Of a DNA stretch of 26,253 nucleotides, positions 1 to 26,253 are shown one piece after another. Under the pieces are notes generated by a model. It had not been told where the DNA came from and did no database searches. It saw nothing but the letters and a program-made list of their open reading frames with translations. A program made the position numbers and the translations under genes. The stretch's first letter is position 1; each line of letters begins with the position of its first letter. This DNA comes from Macrostomum lignano (taxonomy: Eukaryota), in NCBI GenBank assembly GCA_002269645.1, contig NIVC01000329.1, positions 1 through 26,253 of the forward strand, in the 5' to 3' direction.

Positions 1-720
1 CTGCAAACTCGCAACGTCAGCCTCAAGGACGCACTGCAGCAAGCAAGAGCCTTCGAGGCGGCGGAACTTCAGTTTCAGCAGCCATCGAAGCGCGAAACAA
101 CGAGACGATAAACTCGATCATTCGAAAACGCCACGGCCAAGAGTCCGATCGGAAGCCAAATGCATTCGCGTGTGGAGAGCCGGGCCACCGCACGTGCGAA
201 CTGGCAAGAGGGAAAACTGCCATAAATGCAACAAAATTGGACACCTGGCGAAGGCTTGCTTGTCCAGCCCCGGCGGTTTCGATGAGAAAGTGCACGTGTA
301 TCGGCCCAGGGGTGAGCCGAGCCAGAGGACCTGGAGAGCAGCTGCGAGGTTTTCTGTCTTGAAATCCCGAAGGAATCGCCTGCCGCGCGTCAGGGCGACC
401 ATCAGGAGCCGCAAAGCCGACCTTCTGATCGACAGCGGCGCCGGCTGCAACCTGATGAGCCTGCAGACCTTCTGGTCCATCGGAGGCAGGACAAGGGACC
501 TCCAGGGATGCAAGCGTCGAGTACACCCGTTCGGCTCCAGGAAGCGCTGGTCACGCTCGGCATGGCCAGGCTGCGGACCGCCGTTTACAACATCAGCGCC
601 AGCATCAACTTCATCATCGTGAGGGAAGCGGCAACGACGATCATCGGGAGGGAGACGAGCGAAGAGCTGGGCATCCTGCGCATCGGGCCTCCGTCACGCA
701 GCACATGCTTCCAGAGACAC
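1..720 (+). mobile_element. Ty3/gypsy-type LTR retrotransposon remnant: gag zinc knuckle(s) plus aspartic protease, frameshifted, with no RT following
   Basis: CHKCNKIGHLAKAC (CX2CX4HX4C) is preceded by a frameshifted first knuckle (CIR/CGEPGHRTC). The protease motif LLIDSGAGCNL continues in another frame with TIIGRETSEELGIL. Confidence 0.85.
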
Positions 721-1969
721 CACCAGCCAGGCCCCATGAGCCGAACAAGAGACCCATCTGATGGTCGGACAACGCTGCAGAGGGACAGGCGGGACCGGAG
801 CGGAGCACTGGCGAATCGGGCTGGCAACTCTGGCCTCACAGGTGCGCCGTGGAGCAGCGTCAGACTGAGTGGCCAATTCAAATACGAGTAATGCGAATAA
901 TTTGCACGGCTATTGATTGGTTTCAATTTTCAAGTTTTCAGTACATTCGATTCATTGCTGCAGAACTTAGCAACCTACATGTAGCTCAATGCACCCAAGC
1001 TTCACTGGATTAAACATTGTACTTTCGCCACAATTTTGATAATCTCGACTGTCGACTACTCGCATGCTCGAATTCTAAAATTATTGTTTTTTTTCTCCCT
1101 GATTGAATGCTCGCTTGTTTTAATGTAGTGAGATTTGACTTAGTTTTGTTTTTATCTCCCTGAATTTTTATTCACCTGGGGAAGGATGTAGGGCGTAGGC
1201 CGTGCGCTGCACTTTCTGCCCCACATTATTATTCATGACTCATTCTCTCGCCTAAACTTGTTTACCAATTCTCGACCAATCGCGCATCGCTGCACCCCAC
1301 CCCACAATATTGACTAATAAATATATTGAGTAAACAGAGCCATACAGAGGCCACCTTTTCGGCACGCAAACCCAGACTTCACAGACGGATGGACCAGCTA
1401 GCCTGTCTCGGTGCACCCGGTAACTATATTTGACTCACTAAACTTTGCATACGCGGTCAGTTTATCATAAGCCATAAAGCCAATCCGAGGCCGTGTTTGT
1501 TGATTTTTCGAGAGGAGCGACTAGCTACGCTCGTACATGTAAACCTCACGTGTAGAGTACAATCTTTTTAGCTTGTACTCGTATTGAGTAAGGCATATAT
1601 ATTACAAAACTTTCCCGAATTTTTGGTCGTGAGCAGCGCCATTCATGCAATATATAGTCTGCTTCATCGAGCTGAATAAAAAACTAGGACATAATGAATT
1701 AAGCTGCTCATTTCCACTGTTTCCCATTCTCGACTATATCGATGCTTGCAGGTATTATTTTTTTTCGAACCTTACATGTACATGTAGCTCGTACCTGAAT
1801 GCTACCTGCTAGAATTAGCAACGGACACAAAAGAGTAGATACTCGTAATAACAAAATATAGTTTAAAAGCTCCTATTGTACTGGTAAGCCTTTCAAATTA
1901 CCCCAGTAGCAACAAGTTCAAGACAGGAAATTTTAGATTTTTAAAGAACGCTCAGAAAAAAATTCAAGT

Positions 1970-2351
1970 TTAGATCCAGCCCCCCATTACGAAATCCATC
2001 AATACTAAATTGAAGCAAGCAATGATTTTGCTAGAGTGAGAAAACGACTGGGTGAAGTTAATAAAAAGATGGCTTAATTACTTGTCAATGCGTACATTAA
2101 TTTAGAAGAATCAAAGCTTGAAAATTTCGAAACTTTATAAACAAAACTGGTCAATACGAGTAACTTAGCTTTAAATAAAACACATGTACACAATTACATG
2201 TTAAAGTCCATAGAAAGGTATAAAAACGTGCAAGTGTTTAACATCAAATCATTTGCTACGAGCGTACTATTATGTGATACAATAAGTGAAATCTACAAGT
2301 TATACCTATAAACGTATTTTAACAAAATTTTAGGTGGGGCTGGAGGTCTAA
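1970..2351. mobile_element. Possible MITE-like element
   Basis: Imperfect inverted termini of about 25 bp (TTAGATCCAGCCCC... and ...GGGGCTGGAGGTCTAA) around an AT-rich non-coding interior. Confidence 0.25.
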
Positions 2352-2761
2352 GAAACGAACCGATCGAGGGTAGCAAAAGGGTAATTCTTAAACTAAAATG
2401 AGTTGCACTTAAAGGATCAAATAAACAAATTTGCAGTCATATATATCTTGCCATGTGCCAACTTGGTATCAAAGTTTTAAGATTTAGAAAAAACTAAACT
2501 GACGTGTGTAGAGTGTAGAGTAGGTGCGCACAAAATTCTATATAAAAGCACACAACAGTTTTAACAAAAATAAATTCAGCGGCGCTTTTTAATTCAGTAC
2601 AGGATTCTGCCAAATAAAAGTGAACATTGTTCTTTGAATGTGTGAAGATACGGCTACGAAAGGTACGCACACAGCGCAGGAAGTTTTAACGTTTTTGTTT
2701 CGATCGCCTTAAGTCTAAAATTCTGCAATGAGTCTCCGTGAAGAGCTCTGCAGCCCAAATT

Positions 2762-25753
<22,992 letters not shown>

Positions 25754-26087
25754 CTGTAATCAAAGAGCACAAAAAACCACATTGCCAAATTTCCGCCGCT
25801 TTTAGTCACGTCTACACGAGTCACGGCATAACGTAAAAGGACGGACAACGTCCTCGTTTCGTAGAAAACATGGCAGCAAAAAATAGACTACGAAGCAGAG
25901 AAATTTTCGTTTTTCTCGGGACAAAAGCAGATCAGGGACTTCCAAAGTCAAAACTTTCTAAACTAACGAATAATAGCTTTTTTTTTGGTTTCTTCATTGG
26001 TTTCTTCTGTTTCTTGCAGCTATTGTAAAAAAATCTGTCAAAAATTGACTTGCATTTCATCTAATACCCTCATCTTAGAGTATCTTA

Positions 26088-26253
26088 CAGCTGCCGCCAA
26101 ATCACAGCAGGTGAATTGGAGCTCAGAGCTGCTGCCCAATCACAGCAGCAGGTGAATGGAGCTCAGAGCTGCTGCCCAATCACAGTAGCAGGGTAATTGG
26201 AGCTCAGAGCTGCTGCCCAATCACAGCAGCAGGGTGTACTGGAGCTCAGAGCT
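26088..26253. repeat. About 40-bp minisatellite (CAGAGCTGCTGCCCAATCACAGCAGCAGGTGAATTGGAGCT-like), running off the window end
   Basis: About 4 tandem copies visible. Confidence 0.9.

Noticed and set aside
23-926. Minus-strand ORFs over the first 900 nt
   Set aside because: They are antisense to the GC-rich gypsy gag-protease remnant and show no motifs of their own.

Overview
This is eukaryotic (animal, probably invertebrate) genomic DNA. The Ser/Gly/Ala-rich exons and minisatellite-filled introns are reminiscent of a Macrostomum-type flatworm, but that attribution is inference only. The window is dominated by a multi-exon SCYL2/CVAK104-like pseudokinase gene on the minus strand. Its 5' exons lie beyond the right edge. 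Eleven conserved exons run from 25753 to 13983, and a phase-compatible chain of low-complexity tail exons may reach a stop at 2762. One kinase exon carries a 1-nt frameshift. On the opposite strand, apparently inside an intron of that gene, is a compact single-exon prepropeptide gene (8164-8565): a signal peptide followed by 8 identical copies of FSAPGTYDW separated by KR/RKR sites. The introns hold a roughly 380-bp Penelope-like retroelement remnant with inverted pseudo-LTRs, two hammerhead-ribozyme motifs and a 13-bp target-site duplication. They also hold two long (ACTA)n arrays, several minisatellites and degraded retroelement remnants. A frameshifted Ty3/gypsy gag-protease remnant lies at the left edge. 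No rRNA, tRNA or CRISPR array was seen. All exon calls were made by eye from GT/AG boundaries, reading phase and remembered family motifs; no database searches were run.
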